A stretch of DNA of 61,007 nt, filler included, from 7 parts of 7 records of this genome joined end to end with filler, not necessarily neighbours in it; one strand, 5' to 3'. Positions 20,156-30,791 are shown, counted from the first letter of the whole stretch. Numbers and translations are program-made. The notes: a model not told the origin generated them from the sequence alone.

Positions 20156-21685
20156 ATGAAAAAATATTTCATAATTATTTTATTAGCTATTTTTGTGCCT
20201 TATTTTGTTCAATCACAAGATTTACTGGATGCGCTTCGTTATTCAAATATCCAGGTATCAGGAACAGCCCGTGCCGGTGGAATGGGAAATGCTTTCGGTG
20301 CGTTGGGTGGCGACTTTACATCTGCCAGTATCAATCCGGCAGGAATAGGAGTATACCGGTCGGCTGAATTAGCGATTACACCTAAGTTTACTTATGCCAG
20401 TGTTGAAGGCAATTATATGAATACCCTTATGGATGATACCAAGTATAATTTTGCATTAAACAACGTTAGCTATGTAACTACAATACCAACTCTTGCAAAA
20501 AGCGAAGTTGGGCTTGTTAGTGTAAATCTTGGATTTGGCTATAATCGTTTAAAAGATTTTAACAGCAATACACTGGCCGGAGCATTTGGTGTGGAAAGTT
20601 CGTTTCTTGACGACTTAACCGAAAATGCAAATGGTGAAGATTCAGATGCTGGTTGGAGTGATTATTACGAAGAGTTAGCCTATCAAGTCTATGCATTGAA
20701 TTATGACGAAGATGCTGGTCTTTGGCACCACGACATGCAAAAAAACCCTTTTGATGAAAACATTAAAAACTACCCTGTTGCTCAACGTAAAAGCATTTCG
20801 CGCCAAGGTTCTATCGATGAGTACAGTTTTGTTGTAGGCCTTAATTTCAACCATAAAGTATATTTGGGAGCAACACTGGGGATTACAGATATTTATTACC
20901 GGGAGTCGAGTACTTACGAAGAATGGGATGAGCAAGGTTCAGTTTCTAATTACGAAAGCATGCAATTCGACAGCTACCTGAAAACAACAGGAACGGGTTA
21001 CAATTTTAAGTTTGGCTTAATTTACAAACCGATAAATGAGGTAAGGTTAGGTGCTGCTATTCATACTCCTACTTTTTATGACATGCACGACTTCTTTCAC
21101 ACCTCAATGTATTCAAGAAATAATAATGACGAGGATGGAAAAATAGATCATGATGCTTTATCACCAATAAACAATTACGATTATCAGCTGCATACACCTT
21201 TGCGTGCAACTTTTAGCGGGGCATTTGTTATTGCCAAGAAAGGACTAATCAGTGTTGACTATGAATATGTTGATTATGGCACCGCAAAGCTACGCAAAGG
21301 AGGTGATGGTTATAACTTTACCAGCGAAAACCAGGAAATCGGACAGGCATTAAAATCGATAGGAAATATTCGTGTTGGGGGTGAGTTGCGCGCTACAAAC
21401 AATTTAAATTTACGTGCAGGATATGAATATTACCCCACTGCCTATAAATCAACATCATTAGGAAATGGACAATTTAAAGCAGATGACAAATTGATGGTAT
21501 ATTCTGCCGGACTGGGACTACGTTATGGCAGTTTCAACTTCGACCTGGCTTACCGTTTAACAGACTTGTTGGAATATGAACTACCTTACAATGCTCCAAG
21601 CTCAGGTTATTATCCGGTTCCTTCACCAGTTGAATACAGCGGATTAAATCATGATATCATGTTTACTTTAGGATTTAAATTCTGA
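20156..21685 (+). CDS. OmpP1/FadL-family outer-membrane barrel
   Basis: Signal peptide, GTARAGGMGNAFGALGGD..INPAG, C-terminal LGFKF. Confidence 0.88.
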   Translation: MKKYFIIILLAIFVPYFVQSQDLLDALRYSNIQVSGTARAGGMGNAFGALGGDFTSASINPAGIGVYRSAELAITPKFTYASVEGNYMNTLMDDTKYNFALNNVSYVTTIPTLAKSEVGLVSVNLGFGYNRLKDFNSNTLAGAFGVESSFLDDLTENANGEDSDAGWSDYYEELAYQVYALNYDEDAGLWHHDMQKNPFDENIKNYPVAQRKSISRQGSIDEYSFVVGLNFNHKVYLGATLGITDIYYRESSTYEEWDEQGSVSNYESMQFDSYLKTTGTGYNFKFGLIYKPINEVRLGAAIHTPTFYDMHDFFHTSMYSRNNNDEDGKIDHDALSPINNYDYQLHTPLRATFSGAFVIAKKGLISVDYEYVDYGTAKLRKGGDGYNFTSENQEIGQALKSIGNIRVGGELRATNNLNLRAGYEYYPTAYKSTSLGNGQFKADDKLMVYSAGLGLRYGSFNFDLAYRLTDLLEYELPYNAPSSGYYPVPSPVEYSGLNHDIMFTLGFKF

Positions 21686-21703
21686 GAATATAATTAACAC
21701 TAC

Positions 21704-21745
21704 AATAAAAGGCCGTCTCAACAAATATTGAGGCGGCCTTTTATT
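21704..21745. terminator. Bidirectional intrinsic terminator
   Basis: AATAAAAGGCCGTCTCAA...TTGAGGCGGCCTTTTATT between convergent genes. Confidence 0.85.
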
Positions 21746-21835
21746 TGAACTTGATTTGGTTGTTTTCAGAGTCTCAAATAATTTTAACCATTTATCTTGA
21801 AAAAAAGCAACGATCTCTCAATAAACACTTGGGTT

Positions 21836-22831
21836 TTACAATTTTTTCAACCATGCTTCAGCGTCAATCAAGTCGGTTTGATCCGCTGTTTTCAACGCAT
21901 AATTAAAACCAGGTTGAAGACAATAGGCCCCATGCTCGCCCTTTGTGTTTAAAGCAATATAACCAATCTGGTGTTCAGCATAATTTGGTATTTTTTTAAT
22001 TATCCGTTTAACGGCTTCTTCACAAGCTCGTTTGGGCGACATACCATTTCTCATTAACTCTACCACCAAAAAGCTTCCAAGTGTTTTCATTACAAGTTCT
22101 CCTGAACCAGTTGCTGCTGCAGCACCCACTTCCCCATCGACAAAAAGTCCGGCACCAATTATCGGCGAATCTCCTACCCTGCCATGCATTTTATACCCCA
22201 TACCGCTGGTAGTACAAGCACCCGATATACGACCTTCACCATCAATGGCCAACATACTTATAGTATCGTGGTTATCTTCATTTACATTTTCAACATTAAT
22301 ACGACTACTAAACTTTTTATTTTCTTTCTTCCAGGTTTTCCACTCTTCCTTACGCTTCTTCGTCAGTAATTTTTCCTTTTCAAAACCATTTTCTAATGCA
22401 AACTTTAAAGCACCTTTACCACTTAGCATCACATGCGGAGTTTTCTCCATTACTAAACGCGCAACTGAAATAGGGTGTACAATATGTTGAAGGTAAGTAA
22501 CAGATCCTGCTCTCCCTTTTTCATCCATAATACAAGCATCAAGAGTAACCTTTCCATCCGCATCAGGAATCCCTCCTTTACCAACTGTTATCACATTGGG
22601 ATCAGCTTCAGGAACACGTACTCCTTGTTCAACTGCATCAAGAGAATATCCACCTTTTGATAGTATTTCCCAGGCAGCCTCATTGGCTGGCATTCCATGG
22701 TTCCAGGTTGATATAATCTTTGGCGTTATTATTCCCGAACTCAAAACAGTGTTAGAAAATGCTTTTCCGGCTATACTAGTTCCAACAGCAAACATTGCTC
22801 CCTTACTAATAAACGATCGTCTTGATATCAT
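21836..22831 (-). CDS. N(4)-(beta-N-acetylglucosaminyl)-L-asparaginase (glycosylasparaginase)
   Basis: Tat motif SRRSF, STWN, HDTI autoprocessing site, GRVGDSPIIGAG. Confidence 0.92.
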   Translation of the reverse strand: MISRRSFISKGAMFAVGTSIAGKAFSNTVLSSGIITPKIISTWNHGMPANEAAWEILSKGGYSLDAVEQGVRVPEADPNVITVGKGGIPDADGKVTLDACIMDEKGRAGSVTYLQHIVHPISVARLVMEKTPHVMLSGKGALKFALENGFEKEKLLTKKRKEEWKTWKKENKKFSSRINVENVNEDNHDTISMLAIDGEGRISGACTTSGMGYKMHGRVGDSPIIGAGLFVDGEVGAAAATGSGELVMKTLGSFLVVELMRNGMSPKRACEEAVKRIIKKIPNYAEHQIGYIALNTKGEHGAYCLQPGFNYALKTADQTDLIDAEAWLKKL

Positions 22832-22924
22832 TTTGCAATTTTTTAAGAAGTTTCGAAAATAAACAAAAAAAATGCCTTTTCTAAGTTCTAAAGGCACAAT
22901 AAGATTCAATCTTATTTCTGAAAA

Positions 22925-24712
22925 CTATTCATGCGAGAAATACTCTAAAGTCTTCCGGTAATTTGAAAAAACGACAGCACGCGAAATAAAACCGAGGTAT
23001 TTCCCATCGTCAATAACTGCAAGGTTGTAGCGGTTTGAAGTTTCAAATTTTTCAGCAACCGTTTCCATTGTATCTTTTGATGATATATAATATTCAGGCA
23101 TAAACATTAAATCTTTAACCATTATGGTATCGTACAAATCATGCTCAAAAATAAGATTTTTCACTTTTGAAAGTTTCACCATCCCTTTTAGGTATCCCTC
23201 GGCATCCACTATTGGAAACAGGTTACGGTTAGATATAGAAATGGCTTTTACCAGGTCGCGCAAACTGGCTTCCGGCGACAAGAGTTCAAAATCATTTTCA
23301 ATCAACTTTTTTACCTCCATTGATCGTAAAACAGCTTTATCCTTATGATGAGTAATTAATTCGCCGCTAAGTGCAAGACGTTTTGTGTAAATCGAATGAG
23401 GTTCGAAACGCATAATGGTTACATATGCAACTGTTGAAGTTATAAGTAGTGGGATAAACATTCCATAACCTCCTGTGAGTTCAGCTGTCAGAAATATTCC
23501 TGTTAACGGAGCATGCATTACTGCTGCCATCATTCCGGCCATTCCTGCCAGAGCGAAGTTGTTTTCCGGCACTCCTAAATCAAAAAATGTATTAAACAAC
23601 TTAACCAGAAAATATCCGGCAATTGCCCCGGTAAACAAGGTTGGTGCAAAAATTCCACCATTTCCTCCGGCACCTGTTGTTGCCGACATGGCAACTACTT
23701 TAAATGCCAGAATTCCACCAAGAACAATCAAAACAACATATGGATTGTCTTTCCATTGATAAAACAAAGAATTATTTAGCAATTCAGCGCCTTCATTGTT
23801 AAACACAGCATTAATACTATCATACCCTTCACCCCATAGTGGAGGAAACAGAAAGATTAAAATGCCCAATGTAAAAGTTCCTATTATTAAACGGGTACCC
23901 CAATTTTTAAGCCCCGAAAACTTACTTTCGAGAAACATGGTTCCACGAGTAAAATAAATGCCCAGCAATCCGGTAAAAATACCAACCAGAATATAGATCC
24001 AAATGGTGTTAATTTCAAACGGAGCCATTTGGGAAAAACGCAACATAACTCCATCCCCCATAAAGAAATAAGACAATACAGTAGCAGTAACGGCCGATAT
24101 CAGTAATGGAATTAAAAAAGCCATAGTTAGGTCAAGCATTAATACTTCGAGTGTAAATACAATGCCAGCCATGGGAGCATTAAAAATTCCGGCAATGGCA
24201 CCTGCAGCGCCACATCCCACCATTAGGGTTATGTATTTATATCGAAGTTTAAAAATTCGCGCCAGGTTTGATCCAATTGAGGCTCCGGTTAATACAATAG
24301 GAGCCTCTGAACCAACCGATCCTCCAAATCCAATAGTAAGCGAACTTGCGATCATCGAGGAATAGGTTTTATGCGGCTTTAGTTTACTTCCTTTCTTTGA
24401 TATTGAATAAAGAATTTTTGATACGCCATGCCCGATATCGTCGCGAATAATATATTTTACAAATGCAACTGTTAAAAATATTCCAATAAACGGAAATAAT
24501 AAATAGAGATAGTTCCATCCGCCAACATTAATAACGTGCGTTAATTCATGCGCTACAAAGTGAATTAGATTTTTTAAAAACAATGCTGCTAATCCACTTA
24601 AAATCCCAACTACAAAACTCAGCAAATACAAAAAATTGCGTTCAGATACCTTAGCAATCCTCCAGGCAACTAGTTTGTTCAATATTTTACTGATTCCTAA
24701 CACTTTAAACAT
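22925..24712 (-). CDS. ClC chloride channel/antiporter with CBS pair
   Basis: GHGVS, GGSVGSEAP, GGIFAP; C-terminal CBS domains. Confidence 0.92.
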   Translation of the reverse strand: MFKVLGISKILNKLVAWRIAKVSERNFLYLLSFVVGILSGLAALFLKNLIHFVAHELTHVINVGGWNYLYLLFPFIGIFLTVAFVKYIIRDDIGHGVSKILYSISKKGSKLKPHKTYSSMIASSLTIGFGGSVGSEAPIVLTGASIGSNLARIFKLRYKYITLMVGCGAAGAIAGIFNAPMAGIVFTLEVLMLDLTMAFLIPLLISAVTATVLSYFFMGDGVMLRFSQMAPFEINTIWIYILVGIFTGLLGIYFTRGTMFLESKFSGLKNWGTRLIIGTFTLGILIFLFPPLWGEGYDSINAVFNNEGAELLNNSLFYQWKDNPYVVLIVLGGILAFKVVAMSATTGAGGNGGIFAPTLFTGAIAGYFLVKLFNTFFDLGVPENNFALAGMAGMMAAVMHAPLTGIFLTAELTGGYGMFIPLLITSTVAYVTIMRFEPHSIYTKRLALSGELITHHKDKAVLRSMEVKKLIENDFELLSPEASLRDLVKAISISNRNLFPIVDAEGYLKGMVKLSKVKNLIFEHDLYDTIMVKDLMFMPEYYISSKDTMETVAEKFETSNRYNLAVIDDGKYLGFISRAVVFSNYRKTLEYFSHE

Positions 24713-26298
24713 GCGAAACTTTTATTAATTGCTTTCGGTAACGTGTAAACACACGTGCCCTCGAAATAAAACCGATGTACTTTCCATCTTCAATAACCGC
24801 AAGGTTATACCTCCCTGACGACTCAAATTTATTGGCTACAATTTCCATGTTGTCATTCGGGTCAATATGATATTCAGGCATGTACATCAATTCATTTATT
24901 TTAATCTTATCATAGAGTTCGTGTTTAAAAATCATTTCACGAACATCGTCCATTTTTACCATTCCAACCATAATCCCATTCTTGTCAACCACTGGGAATA
25001 GATTTCTATGATTTCTGGATATTGCCACGGTAAGGTCGCGTAAAGTGGCATCAGGAGAAAGCTTCTCAAAATCGGTTTCAACCATCTTCCGAACTTCCAT
25101 CATTTGCAATACATTGGCATCTTTATCGTGTGTTAATAGCTCTTTACGTTTAGCCAACTGAATATGATATACAGAGTTTGGTGTAAACGCACGAACAATT
25201 AAATATGCAAAGGTAGCCGTAATCATAAGCGGAACAAATAACTTATAGCCACCTGATATATCAGCGATTAAAAAGATTCCTGTTAAGGGAGCATGTAATA
25301 CCCCGGCAATTAAACCGGCCATTCCAATAAGAGCAAAGTTATTTGTGTTTATTTCTCGTATTCCCAACCGGTTTACCAACATGGCAAAAAGCATCCCGGT
25401 ATTTACTCCCATAAACAAAGTTGGAGCAAAAATTCCACCAACACCTCCAGCTCCAAATGTAAATGAAGTGGCAACAATTTTTAATAAAACCACGGCTGCC
25501 AACAGCAATAGTGCGGCCCATATTTCATCCCGAAATGAATAAAATAAACTATTATCGAACAGATAAGTCAAATCGCCAGCTAAACATTCATTTATTGCCT
25601 CGTACCCTTCTCCGTATAACGATGGAAACAAGAAAATGAGCACTCCTAATCCTATACCACCTACAACTAATCGTATCCGGTTATTTTTTAACTTTTCAAA
25701 AAGATCACCAAAAAACAAGTACATTTTAGTAAAATAAACCGATACAAATCCTGCTGCTATTCCGAGTAAAATATAGAATGGTAAGTCAGCTAGTTCGAAC
25801 GCATTTTTTACCTCAAAAGGATACAACACATCCTGTCCTAAAAAAAAATAGGACGTTAAAACCGCAGTTGCCGAAGCCAATAATAGCGGTACTAATGAAA
25901 AAACTGTCAAATCGATCATTATCACTTCAACAGCAAACACAATGGCTGCGATAGGTGCTTTAAAAATTGCGGCCATTGCCCCTGCGCAAGCACAGGCCAA
26001 CATTAATATGGTATTTTTATAATTTAAACGAAAGTTTCTTGCCAACCACGATCCCCAGGCCGTTCCCGTAGCTACTGTTGGCCCTTCCAGTCCCACCGAG
26101 CCACCAAAACCAACCGTTAGTGAAGCAGTTACTATTGATGAAAAAAGATTATGGGTGCTTACTTTTCCTTTACGTTTGGAAATGCTGTAAAGGACATTTG
26201 GAATTCCATGGCGAACTTCGGTCCTAACCACAAACTTTATTACCAAAATAGCCATAAAAATCCCAACAACCGGTAAGGCAAAATAAATGTAATTATGT
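24705..26298 (-). CDS. Second ClC-CBS paralogue (5' truncated)
   Basis: RHGIP, GGSVGLEGP, GGIFAP, CBS domains; frame open to the contig edge; overlaps the next gene by 8 nt. Confidence 0.92.
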
Positions 26299-26398
26299 NN
26301 NNNNNNNNNNNNNNNNNNNNNNNNNNNNNNNNNNNNNNNNNNTTAATTAATTAANNNNNNNNNNNNNNNNNNNNNNNNNNNNNNNNNNNNNNNNNNNN
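26299..26398. other. Artificial contig spacer 3
   Basis: 100 nt of N containing TTAATTAATTAA. Confidence 0.98.
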
Positions 26399-26818
26399 CA
26401 CATGTTCTACGACAAACCAGAAACTGTCATGGTCGCGAATGACCTCTTCCCGGAAAAACTACTCAATCAGACCTTTGAGATGTGCTATCGATTGTTTCGA
26501 CTTCATACGTCCATACTATACAACACAACATCTGTATGAGTCATGAGAATCGGTGGAGTATTTCGATCGCCATTTCGTACGAAAATGTAAAGAAGCCGTT
26601 AAATATTCCTGCTTGCTTGCCAACTAACTTTATTTCCTGCAAGGTATTAGCAGGAGGAACACCCCGGCAGTCTTCATTTCGTGTCGGGTGGATAAGACGG
26701 CAATAAAGTGGTGCAGTTTTCGAACATCATGCACAGGCTGGATATGGGGAGGACAACCAGGGCTGCAGAGACCTGGTTCGGACCAATCGGAACTCTACAG
26801 AAAGCAGTACACGGCACG

Positions 26819-27664
26819 ATGCTACAACTATCAGGAATTAACAAACGATTTGGAGACATCCACGCTGTCGCGGACGTCTCCTTCGAGATTGATCGCGGTG
26901 AGTTCATCGGTCTGCTTGGTCCCAACGGGGCAGGCAAGACCACCACGATCAACATGATCACGGGCAAGTTCCCGCCGGACAGCGGCTCGATCTACATTGA
27001 CGGAAGCGGCGATGCCTCCAATATGGCAATCCGTCGAAAGATCGGGATCGCCCCGCAGGATCTTGCGTTCTATGAAGAACTTCCCGCCGAAACAAACGTT
27101 CGGTTCTTCGGCGATCTGTACGGGCTCTCCGGCCGACAGCTTACCGAACGAGTGAAACTCGTCCTGGAGCAGGTCGGGCTCTACGAACGCAGAAAGGATA
27201 AATCCGGAAACTTCTCCGGCGGAATGAAGCGGCGTCTCAACCTCGCCATCGCCATGGTCCACGATCCGGAAATCCTCCTGCTGGACGAACCAACGGTCGG
27301 CGTGGATCCACAATCCCGCAACGCTATCTTCGAGTACATTCGCCAGCTCCACCAGGAAGGACGAACGATCCTCTACACCACGCACTACATGGAAGAAGCC
27401 CAGCGGCTCTGCGATCGCGTCGCGATCATCGACCACGGCAAGCTGCTAACCATGGACACCGTCGACAACCTGCTCAACAAGCACGCAACGGTCTCGACGG
27501 TCATCGTCGAACGTGCGACAGGCACCGAGCAGATCGAAACGCAGGATCCCAAGAAGGTGCTTGCGGATGTGCTCTCCGACGACACGGTTGAATCCGTCCG
27601 CGTGGAACGGGCCAACCTCGAGTCGGTATTTCTGTCATTGACCGGAAGGAGGCTGAGAGACTAA
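26819..27664 (+). CDS. ABC-2 exporter ATP-binding subunit
   Basis: GPNGAGKT, FSGGMKRR, LLLDEPTVGVD; start taken at MLQLSGINK. Confidence 0.93.
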   Translation: MLQLSGINKRFGDIHAVADVSFEIDRGEFIGLLGPNGAGKTTTINMITGKFPPDSGSIYIDGSGDASNMAIRRKIGIAPQDLAFYEELPAETNVRFFGDLYGLSGRQLTERVKLVLEQVGLYERRKDKSGNFSGGMKRRLNLAIAMVHDPEILLLDEPTVGVDPQSRNAIFEYIRQLHQEGRTILYTTHYMEEAQRLCDRVAIIDHGKLLTMDTVDNLLNKHATVSTVIVERATGTEQIETQDPKKVLADVLSDDTVESVRVERANLESVFLSLTGRRLRD

Positions 27665-29076
27665 TGAAATCAATCTGGGCAATGGCCATAAAAGATCTCA
27701 AGCTGATGTTATCCGATAAAATTGGATTCTTCTTCGTCTGGTTCTACCCGATCCTGTTCACGCTGTTCTTCGGCTACGTCCTCAGCGACGTTATGAGCGG
27801 AGGAGGCAAAGGCATGGGGGCCGTTTCCATCGCACTGGTTGACGAAGACAAAAGCGAAAGCTCACAGAAATTCGTCGAGCGCCTGAAAAACGAAGAAACC
27901 TTCTATATCGAAGACGTCGAAACCCGCGAAGAAGCCATTCAGAAAGTCCGCAGCGCGAAAAAACCCATCAGCCTGATTATCCCGGAAGGCTACGGCGAAT
28001 CCGCGAAAAGCATCTTTGCAGGAGAACCACCCCAGGTGGACCTGATCACCGATCCTGCCCGGCCAATGGAATCCGGTCTGACAGAAGGCATGCTGACGGG
28101 AATCGGGTTTGAACGCATCCATGGAATGTTCTCGGATAAGGATATGATGCTCGACCAGCTCAGCCTCAGCCGGGAAAGCATTAAGAACTCTGAGGACCTC
28201 AATCTTGTCGAACGGACGATTCTGCTGAAATTCCTGGATGATTCCGAATCCTTCTTCAACAACTTTGATTTTTTCGGTGAACAACCTGCAGAACAAACCG
28301 AAACGGAAGGATCGACCGAGAGTGATCCAGCAAATCCAGGATCTGAAGAAGCAACTACGAATGCAGTTGCTACAGAAGAAACGCAGCAGGACCAATGGAT
28401 GCCGCTGAGAATTTCCAAAACACCTGTTACTGAAATCGCAATGGCAGGCGAGCAGGAGCCCACCGAGGAGAAAACGAAATTATCCTCGTACTCCATCATT
28501 CTCCCCCAGGCAATCGCATGGGGTGTGATGGCTTGTGCTGCAACCTTCGCACTCAGCCTGGTCATGGAACGTACACGAGGCACGCTGCCTCGTCTCATGA
28601 TCGCCCCGGTCCGCAACTGGCAGATCCTGGCCGGCAAAGCACTCTCCTGTTCCATCACGACAACTTGCGTGATTGTCAGCATGATCCTGCTGGGCTGGCT
28701 TGCCCTGGGAGTTGAGCCTGTCGCTCCGTTGCTGCTGATCCCGGCAGTCCTCTGCACCACGATCGGCATCGTGGGAATCATGATGTTGATGTCGGTCCTC
28801 GGAAGAACAGAGGCAGCAGTGGGCGGAATGAGCTGGGCCGTTCTGGTCATCATGGCCATGTTCGGCGGAGGCATGATGCCCCTGTCCCAGATGAAAGGAT
28901 TCCTGGCGACCCTGAGCCACTTCAGTTTCTTCCGCTGGACGATCCTTTCGCTGGAAGGGGCCATGTGGCGTGATTATACGCTTGTTGAAATGGCGAATCC
29001 CTGTGGCGTCCTGCTGGCGATCGGAATCGGAGGATTCCTGATCGGATCCATGATTTTCTCCCGAAGAACCTCGTAG
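27664..29076 (+). CDS. ABC-2 exporter permease with large extracytoplasmic loop
   Basis: KDL N-terminus, ERTRGTLPRL...ILAGK, multiple TM helices; TAATG coupling to the ATPase. Confidence 0.9.
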   Translation: MKSIWAMAIKDLKLMLSDKIGFFFVWFYPILFTLFFGYVLSDVMSGGGKGMGAVSIALVDEDKSESSQKFVERLKNEETFYIEDVETREEAIQKVRSAKKPISLIIPEGYGESAKSIFAGEPPQVDLITDPARPMESGLTEGMLTGIGFERIHGMFSDKDMMLDQLSLSRESIKNSEDLNLVERTILLKFLDDSESFFNNFDFFGEQPAEQTETEGSTESDPANPGSEEATTNAVATEETQQDQWMPLRISKTPVTEIAMAGEQEPTEEKTKLSSYSIILPQAIAWGVMACAATFALSLVMERTRGTLPRLMIAPVRNWQILAGKALSCSITTTCVIVSMILLGWLALGVEPVAPLLLIPAVLCTTIGIVGIMMLMSVLGRTEAAVGGMSWAVLVIMAMFGGGMMPLSQMKGFLATLSHFSFFRWTILSLEGAMWRDYTLVEMANPCGVLLAIGIGGFLIGSMIFSRRTS

Positions 29077-29239
29077 AAAACACAATCGAATAAGAATGTA
29101 AATACAACCCGAAAGATGATTTATATCATTTTTCGGGTTTTTTCTTTTTTTCTCACTAACCATGATTATTTCCGAATGTCAACTATTCCGGAATGTCCAT
29201 TAATCGAGTTCTTCCGGTTCTGACAGAAGGAGACGAATC

Positions 29240-29515
29240 ATGAAAAAGCACAATCTGAAAAAGCTGCTCGCCATCATCGCCCTTGGAGCCATGCCGTTCG
29301 GGACCGCTTCGAGCTGCGACTACGACGGAGCCATCGGCCGGTTCCTCTATTCCGACGATGTCTCAGACTATGCGTATCGGCCCGGCCCGGTCGTCTATTA
29401 CGAAGACGACTGCTACTACGATGACTGTTATTACGACGACTATTACTACGAGGAGGAGTATTACTACGAAGACTGCAATCCCTGGGACGGCTGTTACTGG
29501 GAAGAAATCTGGTAG
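29240..29515 (+). CDS. Small secreted Tyr/Asp/Glu/Cys-rich peptide
   Basis: AGAAGGAGA RBS; basic+hydrophobic leader ending TASSC; repetitive YYEDDC/YYDDC core; followed by a hairpin. Confidence 0.8.
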   Translation: MKKHNLKKLLAIIALGAMPFGTASSCDYDGAIGRFLYSDDVSDYAYRPGPVVYYEDDCYYDDCYYDDYYYEEEYYYEDCNPWDGCYWEEIW

Positions 29516-29527
29516 TCCTTCCAAAGC

Positions 29528-29564
29528 AGGAACGCACGACAGCAGCACGTTGTCGTGCGTTCCT
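29528..29564 (+). terminator. Stem-loop after the Tyr-rich peptide gene
   Basis: AGGAACGCACGACAGC...GTTGTCGTGCGTTCCT. Confidence 0.6.
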
Positions 29565-29642
29565 TCATTGTTTCAAGGATGAGCCGGACACCATAAACAG
29601 ATATTTTTACTAACCCCCTTACTCTCCAATGGAGATCCGACA

Positions 29643-29822
29643 ATGAAGAAGCGACTGATTCGTGTAGCCCTGCTGCTTTCGGTTGGTGCGATGCTGCCGG
29701 CAACAACAGGCACCTGCTACAACTATCCGGACGGCAGCTTCGGCTATGACATTCACTCCAGCAACGACGACCTGCTGGAAGATGTCATTGGCTGGCTCGG
29801 TTGTGATGACTGCGACGACTGA
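29643..29822 (+). CDS. 59-aa secreted acidic Cys-containing peptide (absent from the ORF track)
   Basis: GGAGA RBS; manual translation MKKRLIRVALLLSVGAMLPATTGTCYNYPDGSFGYDIHSSNDDLLEDVIGWLGCDDCDD*; leader resembles that of 29240-29515. Confidence 0.75.
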   Translation: MKKRLIRVALLLSVGAMLPATTGTCYNYPDGSFGYDIHSSNDDLLEDVIGWLGCDDCDD

Positions 29823-29915
29823 TCGATACAGTCTGTACAGCAACGCCGTCTGGCACGATTGCCATCCTGTATCGCAGGCATGTGTGTGCCTGTCGTATCC
29901 TCTCCAGGAGGATCC

Positions 29916-29948
29916 GGACCGGGGTTACTCCTCCCCGGTCCTTCTATT
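29916..29948 (+). terminator. Intrinsic terminator after the second peptide
   Basis: GGACCGGGG-N8-CCCCGGTCC then TTCTATT. Confidence 0.6.
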
Positions 29949-30089
29949 GGCTTGGCAGATGGCGATATTGCACCCCTGTATATGACTTCCTTGCTTTTTT
30001 GACACTCCGGTCCTTTAATAGAATGGTTATTGGAAATCGATCGTGAGACCAGATGGTCTTGTTCGAATCAAGTTAGCAGGAGTGTTCCC

Positions 30090-30749
30090 ATGCGTCAGTT
30101 TACTATTCTCGCCGTGTTGTTCGCGTGTATCATGTGTGGTTGCATCGAGTTCCAGACTCTGCTTGGTCAGAATTACGATCCCATCGAACCGGAACCGACC
30201 TTCGTTCCACCCAGTGAAAACGACAACGCCAACGACAATGCGGACAACAGCAACGACAACGATGCGGATAATGACAACGAAGCACCCGATGATAATGCGA
30301 ATGATAATACCGACGACAATGCCAACGATAATGACAGTGACGAACCGGTAGACGATACGCAGAAGCAGATCGACGCTGTCAACGCAGGTGAAGTTGGCGC
30401 GATCCCGGCAATCAATCCTGTTCCAGAACAGATTGAAACCGAAACAGGACTGATCTACTTCGACATGGTCCAGGGATTCGGCGAATATCCGATGCCTGAC
30501 AGTACCGTGACCGTCAAATACACAGGCTGGTTGTTTGATACAGGACAGGAGTTCGACTCCAACGAAAGTATTCAGTTCCAGCTCACCGGACTCATTCAAG
30601 GCTGGCAGGAAGGAATCGTAACCATGCAGAAAGGCGGTCAGCGCCGCATGATTATTCCTCCTGATCTTGCCTATGGTGCAGGCGGTTCAGGCAGTATCCC
30701 GCCGAACGCAACGCTGGTCTTTGATATTGAACTGATCGATTTCCAGTAG
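30090..30749 (+). CDS. FKBP-type peptidyl-prolyl isomerase, probable lipoprotein with Asn/Asp-rich linker
   Basis: VTVKYTGWL, FDS, LIQGWQEG, IIPPDLAYG, IPPNATLVFDIEL; MCGC lipobox-like; AGGAG RBS. Confidence 0.92.
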   Translation: MRQFTILAVLFACIMCGCIEFQTLLGQNYDPIEPEPTFVPPSENDNANDNADNSNDNDADNDNEAPDDNANDNTDDNANDNDSDEPVDDTQKQIDAVNAGEVGAIPAINPVPEQIETETGLIYFDMVQGFGEYPMPDSTVTVKYTGWLFDTGQEFDSNESIQFQLTGLIQGWQEGIVTMQKGGQRRMIIPPDLAYGAGGSGSIPPNATLVFDIELIDFQ

Positions 30750-30791
30750 ACGCTTCGCGATTCAGGACACCTCCAAGCGGGGAGTACAGAC

